Of a stretch of 64,000 nt of DNA, positions 27,646 through 42,842 are shown in pieces (within the stretch, counting starts at the first letter, position 1; each line of letters begins with the position of its first letter). The translations under genes were made by a program, and so were the position numbers. The notes beneath the pieces are model-generated. The model did no database searches, had not been told where the DNA came from, and saw nothing but the letters and a program-made list of their open reading frames with translations. Origin of the DNA: Octopus vulgaris (Eukaryota); assembly GCA_951406725.2 (NCBI GenBank), contig OX597832.1, positions 38,750,001 to 38,814,000 on the forward strand, written 5' to 3'.

Positions 27646-27755
27646 TTATCACCTGATGAGACACATCTACACCGCTGGATGCCCCTGAACCAGTTGTTAA
27701 GTATCCCAACCGTGAAGGATCGATGCTAGGTGAGTTGAAACAATTGTCATGATTA
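27646..27755 (+). ncRNA. Type I hammerhead motif, canonical core, long stem II
   Basis: CTGATGA 27653-27659; stem II gac-a-catcta/taggtg-a-gtt; GAAA 27737-27740; palindrome ACAATTGT; GUC site; stem I ttatcac/atgatta with two mismatches; AATAAA downstream. Confidence 0.7.
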
Positions 27756-28024
27756 ATAATAAAAATTCTCGTATATTCCATCTTCCGTCGTTTATTTACC
27801 ATGTGTGTGTGTGTGTGTAAAAATGTAGCGTTGTGAATTCTTCTATATTTACATGCTTGGAAAAAATACTTGGAGGCTTTTTTTAACCACATAAGATGAA
27901 TTAACTAATCCATGTATCCATCTGATAGGTAAAACCACAAACATTCACACAGATATGGATACACACACACACACAAACACAGAAAATATATGTACATACA
28001 TGCACTTATATATATATATGTATA

Positions 28025-28475
<451 letters not shown>

Positions 28476-28515
28476 AATATATATATATATACATACACAC
28501 CCACACACACGTCTA

Positions 28516-28556
<41 letters not shown>

Positions 28557-28767
28557 GCATACACGTTCACACACACACACTTATATACTTGGTTTGTGTG
28601 TACTCGAATGTATATTTGTACGTTGACTGTTGTGATATATTTTAAAATTAATAGGAACTTGGATATAGATTTCTCTGAGCGTTGTTTTTATCGGAGCAGG
28701 TGATTTGTGGTCGTTGTTGTTGTTGTTCGGGTTGGAGATGTCGTCACCGTTCTTTTGTTATCGTTGC

Positions 28768-28804
<37 letters not shown>

Positions 28805-28889
28805 CGTGTTGCTTGTTACTACTGTTGCTGTTTCAGCTGATACTGTATCTTATTTGGCAAAAATGAGAACAGAAGCGTCGAAGTTAGCG

Positions 28890-29006
28890 ATGAAGACGAC
28901 GACGATGATGACGATGATGACGATGAGGATGACGACGACGACGCCGATGACGATGACGATGATGACGAAAACGATGATGACTATGATGAAGATTATGATG
29001 TTGATA

Positions 29007-29081
<75 letters not shown>

Positions 29082-29195
29082 ATAAAGGTGAAGACGATTT
29101 TGACGATAATTAAATTTGACAAATGTAATGATGCTGATTTTGCTGATTATGATAATCTTGGTGATTATAATTATCCACTCCATACACCTCCTTCA

Positions 29196-29228
<33 letters not shown>

Positions 29229-29332
29229 TCTTATTACTACTACTACTACAATTAATATTATTATTAGTTTGTTTCTTATTACTGTTATAAATACTCTTCT
29301 AATTGTTATTGTTGTTGTTGTTATTATTATTA

Positions 29333-29366
<34 letters not shown>

Positions 29367-29465
29367 CATTAATATTATTATTACCATTATTATTATTATC
29401 ATTATTATTATTATTTATTGCCATTATTATTATTATCATTATTATTATTACTATTATTGTTATTA

Positions 29466-29505
<40 letters not shown>

Positions 29506-29591
29506 CATTATTATTATCATTATTATTATCATTATCATTATCGTTATTATTATTATTATTATTATTATTATCATTATTATTATTGTTATCA

Positions 29592-29631
<40 letters not shown>

Positions 29632-29710
29632 CATCATCATCATCATCATCATTATCATTATTATATTATTATTACCATTATTATTATTATTATTATCTTC
29701 ATCATCATTA

Positions 29711-29765
<55 letters not shown>

Positions 29766-29848
29766 CATTATCATCATCATCATCATCATTATCATTAATA
29801 TTATTATCTTCATCATCATTATTTTTATTATTATTATTATCTTCATCA

Positions 29849-29909
<61 letters not shown>

Positions 29910-30013
29910 CATTATTATTATTGTTATTATTATTATTATTATCATTATTATTATTATTATCATTATGATTATTATTATTATTATTATCATTATTATTATT
30001 ATTATCATTATCA

Positions 30014-30044
<31 letters not shown>

Positions 30045-30167
30045 CATTATTATTATTATCATTATTATTATTATTATTATCATTATTATTATTATTATCA
30101 TTATCATCATTATTATTATTATTATCATTATTATTATTGTTATCCTTATCATCATTATTATTATTTA

Positions 30168-30220
<53 letters not shown>

Positions 30221-30245
30221 TTTATTATTATTATTATTATCGTTA
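28890..30245. repeat. Large compound (GAT)n then (ATT/ATC)n microsatellite block
   Basis: Directly visible; source of the poly-I/M/N ORFs. Confidence 0.97.
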
Positions 30246-30607
30246 TTAGAGCGATGCAGGAGAAGGAGGGGAGGAATTTCTCTTGTCAACAAATGCACAG
30301 CTGCGCAACTGCCAATGTGATAATCTTTCTAGCAGAAATGTGGAACCAATGAAGACTCCAAGTCGATTTGCTTCTCTCTAGTGGAGCTTGGCTTATTTCT
30401 AAATATGATTGTACAATGCACCAACGCACAACAAGAATGTAAATAGCCGCAGATGTATCTCCAAACATCTAGCCATTGTGACACACGCGCGCACCCACAT
30501 ACTCACACGCTTACACCTATCCTCGTATGTGTGAGCGTGTGTGGCTTTATATCTATCCATCTATCTATCTATTTGTCTATTTATCTATCTATCTATCTAT
30601 CTATTTG

Positions 30608-30723
<116 letters not shown>

Positions 30724-30965
30724 TAAATAAAATAAAACATATATATAAACATATATATAAACATATATATAAACATATATGTACGTACCTATCTCTACAT
30801 GTACATATACACGCATATATGAGTACAGGACACCAAAAGGACGTCGAACACAATGAGAAACGAAAACATAGACACAAACCAAAGGAACTGGACATTTTTT
30901 AAAAAACAGCAAAAAAATAGAGTACAGGACAATTAACACAAAGAATAAACCCCTTCTTCAGTCGC

Positions 30966-31009
<44 letters not shown>

Positions 31010-31699
31010 TGTGTGTGTGTGCGTGTGTGTGTGTGTATTTATTTATATAATTACTATTATTACTATATATATTATTACTATTATCATTTTATATATATTT
31101 TTACAATTGTTATTACTATGTGTGTGTGTGTGTGTAAACATACACGCACATATATGTATATGTGTACACACACATGTTTCTACATTCAGATAAGTACACA
31201 TTTGTAAGTATATATATATACACGCCTGTGCGCAGGTACACATAGAATACGTGTGCATGTGCACGTGTGTGTGTGTGTGCGTGTGTTAGTGCGTGTTCAC
31301 ATATATATTTATATGGGTATATATATATATTTATGTATATATTTATATATGTGTGTATGTATGTATGTTTTTTATGTAGGTATGTATGTATATATATATG
31401 TATATGTAAATATGTATGTGTGTGCGTGTGTGTGAATGTGTATTATTTTGTGTAAACAAGTATGATTACCCTGGTTGGATCGGCAAAACGTTAGGAAATA
31501 TACCTCGTGTTTGATGGCGTGCTTGGACATTCGTGGTTCAATTTTGGAGCACAACCCTTTTGTGTCGAAGTTCAAGACTATATGTACAGACCTTGACTGA
31601 TTATTAAGCTAAAGTATCTGGTGAGTGTGCTTTGTTAATTCACGCTTCAAAACCCCTGCTAACTATCATCAGACCAGCTAATACAACTGATAAAAGATT

Positions 31700-31960
31700 T
31701 GACCTGACAGTTAGCATCATGGTGTTAGAGGTCGTTAGACACAATGCGCTGCCAACGAATATGCAGACTCTCCCAATTCAGATCTTTCTTAGTTCCTATG
31801 AATGTACATTGAATGAGAAAACTCTAAACCGATCCAGAAGGTCCTTAAAAGCTTTTGGAAAGCTCATCAAGTTCTCTCTCAAGACTCCTCCCAACCTTAA
31901 TGCCAAGATTCGCGTCTACCGAGTGATCAGTGTTTTTATTCTTCTGTATGGTGCAAGATC
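31700..31960 (+). mobile_element. RTE LINE RT C-terminal remnant
   Basis: AFGKL...NAKIRVYRVISVFILLYGA resembles the RTE TKI.VYRA.V...LLYG motif. Confidence 0.65.
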
Positions 31961-32370
31961 GATCACGCGTGTCGAGGTTGGCTACGGAATTCAATATGCA
32001 TATATTTGGGGTACTTATATGCATTCGTGACGTTGCGGTCCGTGGGTATGCATTAGTAATTGATTTATTTCCTCGGTATTCTCTGTTGAAAAAGGAAATA
32101 CCATTGGATTAATCCAAAAATTGGCCGATCCAGAGACAACTCAATTTTATGAAGTTCCGTTGGCTTGCTCCCTCGATTTCGACGCGTGTGCATTAATAAT
32201 ATTGATTATATTTAATGTGGTTCGACGATTTAGCCTCTCTTTTCAGCATAGAGGCAATAATGTTTTTCTATAATCTTAATTAAAATTTGTATTTATGATT
32301 TCACCTTAATAGGTCTATATCTTTATATGCTGGCCACTGATAAAATTTTTAACAATCTTATCCTTTTATA

Positions 32371-32433
<63 letters not shown>

Positions 32434-32512
32434 TCTTAATTAAAATTGTATTTATGATTTCACCTTAATAGGTCTACATTTTTATATGCTGGCGACTGAT
32501 AAAATATACATA

Positions 32513-32892
<380 letters not shown>

Positions 32893-33486
32893 TAAATATA
32901 TATATATGCCTAAATGTGTGTGTGTGTATATATGAATACAAGCACAAACACACACGCACACACGTAATGTTTTTGCCAAAGGACAGTAAAAGATAAATTC
33001 TTGATTTACTGAAGTATCTTCGATTCTAGAGAAAAGTAAACTAGTAAACAGCGAAAACTAAGACGGGAGAAGGAAGGATAATCTCAAGCAATAAATAATT
33101 CTTTGTTTTGTGCCATTACAGAAAACAGAGTAATTTTTTATCTTTGTCTTTGTGTTTGCTTTCCATTTCCTGGAGACAAGAGGAAAGCTGTGAGCTCGAG
33201 TGTCTGCATCGTTGGGCCTCATCAGCATGGCGTCACATTACTATAACACCGACAATAAGAAAGCGTTAGGCATATATGTACAAGTGCAGAGAATATTTCA
33301 ATCCCAAGGTAAGTGGCATAATTTAAAACAAACATAAGATAAGGAAATAACCCTGAGTTGCCTGCGGAATAAAATCCAATATATATATATGTACGGATGT
33401 ATGTAGGTGTATTTAAGCACCACACAACGATTCATGTGTGTTTGTGTGACTATCTGTATGTCTGTGTATGTTGTAAGCGTGTTGTT

Positions 33487-33565
<79 letters not shown>

Positions 33566-34644
33566 ACATACAGGTAAATATTCATCTGTGTGTGTGTAGA
33601 TGTAAGCGTGTGTATCTGTATTCGTTTATGCAAAGACAAACACTATATATATATGTGTGTGTGTGTCTGTGTGTGCATGTGTGTGTGTCTATGTATGTGT
33701 GTGAAAGTGTGTGTGTGTGTGTGCATGTGTGTGTGTGTGCATGTGTGTGTGTCTATGTATGTGTGTGAAAGTATGTGTTTAGTGTTTGTGTGTGTGTGTG
33801 TGCATGTGTGTGTCTATGTATGTGTGTGAAAGTGTGTGTTTAGTGTTTGTGTGTGTGTGTGTGCGCATGTGTGTGTGTCTATGTATGTGTGTGAAAGTGT
33901 GTGTTTAGTGTTTGTAGGTGCGTAGTGTGTGTATATGTGTGTGTGTGTGTACGACCGGGTAGACGCACAAAAGAAAGTTGGCACTCAATACATTAGGTAG
34001 GAGTTATATAGAATTATTTGATAACAGTTTGGTTCGGTTTCATGCGACTTAAAGTTTCGTGAAGTAGTCAAGCGAACCAAACTCGCCAGGTACGCAGAAC
34101 AGACGTACCTGACAAGGTGGTCTATCAGAAATAACTAGATTAACCCTGTTTATAGATTTACTATGTGGAGGCAAATGGCCTAGTGGTTAGAGCAGCGGAC
34201 TCGCGGTCAAGGGATCACGGGTTCGAATCTGAGACCGGGCGATGTGTGTGTTTACGAGCGAAAACACTTAAGCTCCATGCGGCTCCGGCAGAAGGTAATG
34301 GCGAACGTCTGCTGACTCTTTCACCACAAATTTCTCTCACTGCTAGTTAGTTCCTCCGCCCGTAGACGAGTGTTATTTTTCGCCCCGCAGAGTGTCCAAT
34401 AATCACATTCTTCACCAAGAAAGCTTAGTGAGGCTGCCAGTTTAGTCGTCGACGATCTGAACATGTAACAGTTTGTGCCGGGTTACATGTTACCAGTAGC
34501 GTTCAAGAGAGACCAATAGCACTCGAGAGCGACTTGACATAACACATACACACACACACATACATACATACATATATACATACATACATACATACATACA
34601 TACATACATACATACATACATACATACATGCATACATACACGCA

Positions 34645-34750
34645 TTCAGTCTCACTGTATGGCACCTTGGGCAAGTGTCTTCTACTATAGCCTCGGGCCG
34701 ACCAAAGCCTTGTGAGTGGATTTGGTAGACGAAAACTGAAAGAAGCCCGT

Positions 34751-34794
<44 letters not shown>

Positions 34795-35066
34795 AACATA
34801 CATATATATATGTATGTGTGTGTGTGTGTGTGTGTGTATGTGTGTGTGTGTGTGTGTTTTATGTGTTCGTTTTTGTTTCCCCACCATCGCTTGACAACCG
34901 ATGTTGCTGCGTTTACGTCCCGTAACTAGCGGTTCGACAAAAGAGACTGGAAAGATAAGAACTAGGCTTACAAATAATAAGTCCTGGGGTTGATTTATTC
35001 GACTAAAGGCAGTGCTCCAGCATGGCCGCAGTCAAATGAGTGGAACAAATAAAAGAATGAAAAAGA
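34645..35066 (+). mobile_element. SINE family B, 5'-truncated
   Basis: Matches 24930-25290. Confidence 0.88.
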
Positions 35067-35484
35067 ATACATACATACATACATAAGCATAAATATCCAC
35101 AGAAAGCAAATAATCCATTAATTTCATCTCATAACAAAATTTTAGAACAAAGTATACGCAAAACATCTGCACGAACGTAAAGAAAACACATTTAAATATA
35201 CGAAGTCACAAACGTATGCATTTTTAAGCAGTTTCTCCAGTAAATGTAGACAGAAACTCCCCAGAGACACACGGACACACACCAACGCATAAACAAACTC
35301 ACAAATACAGTGGCAAACACGCACAGAATTTCAAATAATTGTATAAGTATGTTAAAGGTTACGCGTGTGTGTGAATCTATGTGTATACAAACAAACAGTC
35401 AAACACATACTGAGAAAGAACGAAGGTACAAACACAAAAATGAAACTCAGGCAAGCGAGTGAGCTTTCACGTGTGTGTGTGTGT

Positions 35485-35543
<59 letters not shown>

Positions 35544-35812
35544 ATTACATCGACATATAAGCATGCGCGAAAATCTATTTTTGTTCAATTTATTCGTAGG
35601 TATGTTCGCGTATTTGTGTGCGGCGGTCACACATCAGAGACATTAAAATTTAAACGTTTCATTAGAATTTTTCTAATGACATATTTTGCATTATATGTAC
35701 ATATATGAAAATAGATATGTACATACGTCTCACTAAAGTTGTGCACGTGATAAATCTCTCTCTCTCTCTCTCTCCCTCTCTCTCCCCGTCGTCAAGTCTC
35801 CTCCTCTCACTC

Positions 35813-35843
<31 letters not shown>

Positions 35844-35882
35844 TGTATGTATGTATGTATGTATGTATGTATATATATATAT

Positions 35883-35968
<86 letters not shown>

Positions 35969-36072
35969 GGATAGATAGATAGATAGATTCATATATGTAT
36001 ATATATGCAGACGGAAGGAGAGAAGGTGAGAAGGAAAGACAGAGATACATTATATATATATATATATATATA

Positions 36073-36146
36073 TAGCCAGATAACCGAAGAGATGGTGTTG
36101 TGGATTTCCACTTCGGCATCTGAAACTCAGAGTTTTATCTTGACTA
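36073..36146 (+). ncRNA. Type I hammerhead motif, U4C core
   Basis: Stem I AGATAA/TTATCT; CCGAAGA 36084-36090; stem II GATG/CATC with inner GTGG/CCAC; GAAA; stem III ACTC-A-GAGT; GUU site at 36134. Confidence 0.72.
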
Positions 36147-36224
36147 CCGAGTAATGTAACATATTGTATAGATATATATTTATATATATATATATATACA
36201 TACATACATACATACATACATACA

Positions 36225-36260
<36 letters not shown>

Positions 36261-36281
36261 TATATACATATATATATGTAT

Positions 36282-36325
<44 letters not shown>

Positions 36326-36329
36326 GTAT

Positions 36330-36360
<31 letters not shown>

Positions 36361-36367
36361 AAAATAA

Positions 36368-36705
36368 AGGTGTACCAACCACCAAATTGGACGGCACAGC
36401 ATCGTACCAAAGATCCCGTCTTCTCCATCTCGAATGAAGACCAAATGCTGTAACAGCTTGGGTTTCAGCGTTCACAGTTGTTCAACATTCTGCCAAGCAG
36501 CCCCAGAAATTTGCGAGGTGTAGATGTGGAGATCTTCAAAGAGCGTCTGAACAAACTTCCATCTGAAATACCAGATGAACCCACATCGCAGCAAGAGCCG
36601 CAGGAGGCACAAAGAAGAGCGGCACTACAGAGAGGAAAACCAAGCGCTCTGAAAGGCGATGCTCCAGCTTGGCCCCAGCCGATGGCTGAAACCAGTAAAC
36701 GAGGA
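36368..36705 (+). mobile_element. CR1-like LINE 3' end
   Basis: QLFNILPSSPRNLRGVDVEIFKERLNKLPSEIPDEP; tail ggcgatgctccagcttggccccagccgatggctgaaaccagtaaa. Confidence 0.85.
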
Positions 36706-37074
36706 AAAATGAAATACACACTCACACACACATATATATATACACACAGGTATATATACACACTCTAGATGTATAATTGTACATCTATATCTATCTATCT
36801 GTCTGTATACATACATACATACTTACATACATACATACATACATACACGCATACACGCACACATACATACATACATACATACATACATGCATGCATACAT
36901 ACATACATACATACATACATACTTACATACATACATACATACATACGTACGTACGTACGTACATACATACATACCTACTTACATACATACTTACATACTT
37001 ACATACTTAAATACATACATACCTACATATATACATACATACATACATACTTACATACATACTTACATGCATAC

Positions 37075-37105
<31 letters not shown>

Positions 37106-37693
37106 CATGCATGCATACATAAATACATACATACATACATACATCTATACATACATACATAAATACATACACACACATACACACATACATACATACATAC
37201 ATACATACATACATACATACATACATACATACATACATACATACATACATGCATATATGTCTATGCGTAGGTATGTGCGTGCATTGAAAATTTCGCAGAT
37301 TACATAAAATATCAAAGCGTGTGCTCCGTGGAGGCCATTGATGTGAATCATGCTGCTATATGCGACGATCAAAGACCAATCTCCATACATACCACATTAT
37401 GGAGTTTATTCTATAAAAATATAATAATATTCAGTAGCGTACCTACTTACACGAAGGCCAAATATAAACATACGCATATATGTTTGTGCGTGCGTGCGTG
37501 CTTGCGTGTATGAGTGCATGTGTGTGAGTGCCTGTGTGTGAGTGCGTGTGCGTCTGTTCCAGCATGCATGTGTGTATGAGTATTTTTGTGTATATACATA
37601 AAAATGTATGTGTGTATAAGTATATTTATATATACGTATTTGTATTCATACATGTATGAATGTGTGTATGCAAATATGTATACACACTCATGC

Positions 37694-37747
<54 letters not shown>

Positions 37748-37902
37748 TTGCATACACAGACAGAAACGTATACACACACAAACACACACAGACTCTTAGT
37801 TTTCATGAATGAAAATCATTTTCAAACTATTTTCTTATTGAAACATTAAAAAAATAAGCAGCGTTCGAAACATAAACAAGTAGTGACTAAGCTGTCTTGA
37901 AT

Positions 37903-37938
<36 letters not shown>

Positions 37939-38020
37939 TTAATAATAATTATATATATATTTTTTAAAAATTTATTTATCAGACATTCACTAGTACAACA
38001 TAAAGCAAAAGTCAAACATA

Positions 38021-38089
<69 letters not shown>

Positions 38090-38261
38090 TCAAGAAGGGA
38101 ACCGAAAATTAATGAGAATAATAATAAAAGATTAATAATAATTATATATATATTTTAATTTAACTTTAAAAAAAAAAAAAAAATGAACGAACTACTGATT
38201 TGGTTTAATGGCAGACATTCGGCAAGAAATGGAAGAAAATTTGAAAGAAGAAAAAAAAAAA

Positions 38262-38383
<122 letters not shown>

Positions 38384-38394
38384 CCCATAGAATT

Positions 38395-38610
38395 TGAAAT
38401 AGGAAGAATTCCGAAGCATGTGAACAATAACAGTTGTGCCAGTAATAATTGGTCTGCTGGGATCAATAAGCAAAGATGTAGATAAATGGTTTAAGGAGAC
38501 TGAAACAGAATGCCTGATAGAGAAAACTTGTCTCTTAGGGACAGCAAGAATTATCAGGAGGGTTCTAAGCACGTACCACCTAAAGCCTGATCATTACCGC
38601 ACAAGACCAG
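38395..38610 (+). mobile_element. RLE-type LINE extreme 3' end
   Basis: PVIIGLLGSISK...EKTCLLGTARIIRRVL. Confidence 0.8.
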
Positions 38611-38639
38611 GCTCTCGATACCAATTCAGTGAAGTATGA

Positions 38640-39300
38640 CATCTGTAAAACTTTTGACACCGAGAAATGCAGACTCTGTGGAAAGAGTGTGGAAAATGTG
38701 ACCCACTTGGTAAGTGGATGTGAGAGCCTTACACAAAAAGAATACAAACGCCGCCATGTTAAAGTGTGTGTGTGTCTTCATTGGCTCTTGTGCCGTAAAT
38801 ACCAGTAAGAAGTAACAGAGAACTGGTATGAGCATGTACAAAGTAAAGTTATACAGGAAGATGGTAAAAAGTAACGATACTCTGGGACTATTATTTTCAC
38901 GTGGATCGCGTAATCGAACACCGTCGGCCGGATATTGTCATATTGAATAAGAGACAAATACTGTCAGATTATTAATGTAGCTTTACCAAATGAAACGAAT
39001 GTTGTGGGTAAAGAGGTTGAAAAACAATCACCAAGTACTCCGAATTAAAAGTGGAAATGGTAAGACTGTACGGAATGCGAGAGGGTAAAGTTAAAAGTGA
39101 TACCAGTGGTGATCGGAGAGTTGGGTTCAATCCCGTTGAAACTTCAAGACTTCTTAAGGCAACTGGAAATCCCGTGCAAGATTGATGTCTTGCAAAAAAC
39201 AGCTTTACTGGGCACAGCGAACATCTTAAGGAAAGGATCATGTCTGAGGTCCTTGTTATGACTTGACAGATGACTAAAGACTCCGGTACATTTTTACCTA
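38640..39300 (+). mobile_element. RLE-type LINE zinc knuckle plus endonuclease remnant
   Basis: KCRLCGKSVENVTHLVSGCESL...YKRRH...ILWDY...IEHRRPDIVI...QKTALLGTANILR. Confidence 0.9.
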
Positions 39301-39314
39301 CACTGTGTTACGAA

Positions 39315-39358
<44 letters not shown>

Positions 39359-39399
39359 GAGGAGGAGGAGGTGGGGGAGGGTGATGATGATGATTATGT

Positions 39400-39433
<34 letters not shown>

Positions 39434-39904
39434 AACGACGATGATGTTGACAATAATGTGGAAGAGGAGAAAAGAGGAAGAAGAAAAAGAAGAAGAAGAA
39501 GAAGAGGAGGAGGAGAAGCAGAAGATGGAGGAGGAGGATGCAGAGCGGGAGGGGGGAGGGGAGGGATTGGGAAAAAGAATCCGCTAACATCTGCATTTCA
39601 ACCTTACGGTCCTTGGTGAAATTTCGAAAGTTCAGAATTTTAGCATTTTAGAATTTATGTTAGCGATACACTTGCGTAGTTATGGAAACCAGACAGGCTG
39701 AAAGTTCGGTTTCAAAACGGAATTGTTGCTTGTTTGTGCGTGTATCTCGGGTAGAAATTAGAAACAGAGATCGAAACACTTTTAGAAATCACCATTAGAA
39801 TTTAAGAGGCAAGGTGACTAATAAATCAACGGATACACAGGTGTATGTGTCGACATATACATTATAACATACAGAGAAGCAATTGCGCGTAAGTGTGTGT
39901 GTGT

Positions 39905-39944
<40 letters not shown>

Positions 39945-40187
39945 GTGCGTGTGCGTGTGTGTTCTTTATAATGGAGATCTAATAAATTATCCAGGCGTTT
40001 TCCTGACTATGAGATGAAAATTCTGATAATTGCCGGTCATGTCAGTAACTGCCCCAGCTACTAATATTAACGATATATAATGCATAGAGTGTTTTTTTTC
40101 TTTTGTCTCGATTCTGACATGATCATGTATATAAATATACATACATACATACATACATACATAGATACATAAATATATATGCATATA

Positions 40188-40239
<52 letters not shown>

Positions 40240-40333
40240 TATACGTATGTATATATGTATGTATATATATATATATGTATGTATAATTATATACGTATGT
40301 ATATATGTATGTATATATATATATATATTTATG

Positions 40334-40379
<46 letters not shown>

Positions 40380-40393
40380 TATCTATATCTATA

Positions 40394-40519
<126 letters not shown>

Positions 40520-40729
40520 CAGATGTTTTAAATTTGTTTACAGGAAACGTCTTGAATATGCAAATAAAGCTCCTATTCCATTATTCCGGACACAGACTAA
40601 TGATGCTGACCGGTGAACCAATTTTGGTGGGTTGCATCGAGATGCATCGATATAAAAAAAACAATCCTTGGATGGACTTTATAAACATTTAATGCATTAC
40701 ATTAAGTGTTAATAAATTCCATCAAAGGA

Positions 40730-40797
<68 letters not shown>

Positions 40798-40827
40798 GTT
40801 GTTGTTATTATTATTATTATTATTATT

Positions 40828-41063
40828 GAGTGAGAGAGCAGTGCATGCCATCAAAGTGACACTGGGGTAAAATATACGAAGCCCAGTATACCCATCATGA
40901 CTACCCGTCTGATAAGGGTACACCAGGCACATGCATCACAACGATATGTGCGCGACATAGTGAACTCATATCAAGATAAACAGCACATGACCTTGCAGGT
41001 GGGTCCCAGTTAGAATTTTCTTCAGGTCGAGTGACTCATCCCGCTCAAAAGGCCCCTGAATAA
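40828..41063. repeat. Unclassified interspersed repeat next to (ATT)n
   Basis: GC-balanced block with sharp boundaries between microsatellites; recalled as a high-copy octopus repeat, single copy in this window. Confidence 0.4.
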
Positions 41064-41479
41064 AATATATGTATATATACACACATATGTATGAATGTAT
41101 ATATATATATATATGCATATTGTATGTATAAAGTTATGTATGTATATGTATGTACATATACTTACACACACACATACTCACACACACACACTTATATATA
41201 TATATACACACATATGTATCTATGTATGTATGTATGCATGCATGCATGTATGTATGTATGTATGTATGTATGCTTGCATGCATGTATGTATTTATGCATA
41301 CATACGTATATGTGACACACATATTTTATTTCAGCTGAATGTTCATTTTGCAAGTCGTGTTTCACGCCACTCCAATATTCAGGCGAGAACATTTGTTACT
41401 CGATTCTCATGCTTTACTGATGAGTTGTATTTGTCCACAGACTTGAGTTTTGCTTTTGCTAATCAGAAAATAGCACCAT

Positions 41480-42190
41480 TTCTGAAAGGAAGCTCTGCAA
41501 GAAAAGTGGATTCAAAGAGAAAATCGAATACATACATAAGACACTACAAGGAAAGAATATTGAAACGAATTCTTGAAAAATAATCATCACCAAACCTTTC
41601 AGTCGAAGTGTAGCGACAATTGTAGCACACATCTTCCTGATACTAGTCAGCAAGCACTTTCCAACCGAACATAAATATCATAAACTATTCAACAAACGCA
41701 ACACAGAAGTTATTTACAGCTAAGCATGGAACACATCATACAATAACTAAACAACAATATACAAAAGAACACGCAAGATATAGCTGCATACACATACAAC
41801 TTCACCAGAGCAAATGCATGATTATTATATGGAAACTGTTTACAGACAAACATAGTTTATAAAGGAACGATATCACTTGTAGCAAAAACCGATAAACGTT
41901 ACATCGGCGACACTGTGAATCTTCAAAGGCAAATATATACAACGCACACATTCCAGGACTTGCCAAAAAGAAATGCAGCGTCCTTGTCTAAACAAATATG
42001 GGAGTTAGATAAATAATAGCATAGTTGCAAAAGTAAAATGGTAATTAATATATGAGAACTATCATACATAGCTCCGGAATCTGTTGCCTTGAACCACAGA
42101 AAATTACGACATAATCACTCAAAACACCTATTCTAAATAAATGAAATGAGATCATTTCATGCTGCAGATACGAAAATAAATTCACCTTCA
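41480..42190 (+). mobile_element. Penelope-like element remnant (linker plus GIY-YIG endonuclease)
   Basis: PFSRSVAT...FLILVSKHFP...KLFNKRN; GNCLQTNIVYKG...RYIGDT; SLSKQIWEL; LNK.NEIISCCRYENKF. Confidence 0.9.
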
Positions 42191-42661
42191 AAGATGATTT
42201 GAATTACAGCCAGGATGAGAAACATTTCCAGGCTGCCCTCCCACATAAAAATCCACCTATAAGAATATAACCTGAGTGACTCATATTACTCACATGGTTA
42301 AAAGCACTTATACACAAGACAAATACAAAATCATTCTATCGTGCATATATCTAAACATTCGTGACCACAACACACATACTCGTACACATGCTCACATACA
42401 CAGATAAAAACTTACATTTCAAACACACACACAAATGTATGTGCATGTATGTATCCATGCACGTATGCATACAAACACGCACACACACACACACACGCAC
42501 ACACACACACGCGCAGATATATATATATATATAAATATATACATATATATATAGTGATATCCGTATCTACATACATACATACATGCATATATATAGTGGC
42601 TACCCATGATAGATTGTTAACCACTACACCTTCTTTATTTTCTTCCCTTGTTTCTTTGTAT

Positions 42662-42701
42662 TCTTTTCTGTGGAAGAGCGTAGGCTCGAAACGTTAAAGA
42701 C
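42662..42701 (+). ncRNA. Minimal hammerhead-like motif, A6U variant
   Basis: tttt-CTGTGGA-A-GAGC-gtag-GCTC-GAAA-CG-TT-aaag; ACGT palindromic stem III; stem I only about 4 bp. Confidence 0.5.
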
Positions 42702-42737
42702 TTTTTCACTTCTCCCTATATATATTTACGCACGCAC

Positions 42738-42842
<105 letters not shown>

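Noticed and set aside
30820-30966. Minus-strand CTGAAGA at the edge of a repeat
   Set aside because: No matching stem II, GAAA or stem III found.
33185-33230. Minus-strand CTGATGAGGC...GACACTCGAG
   Set aside because: GAAA is broken and stem I is absent.
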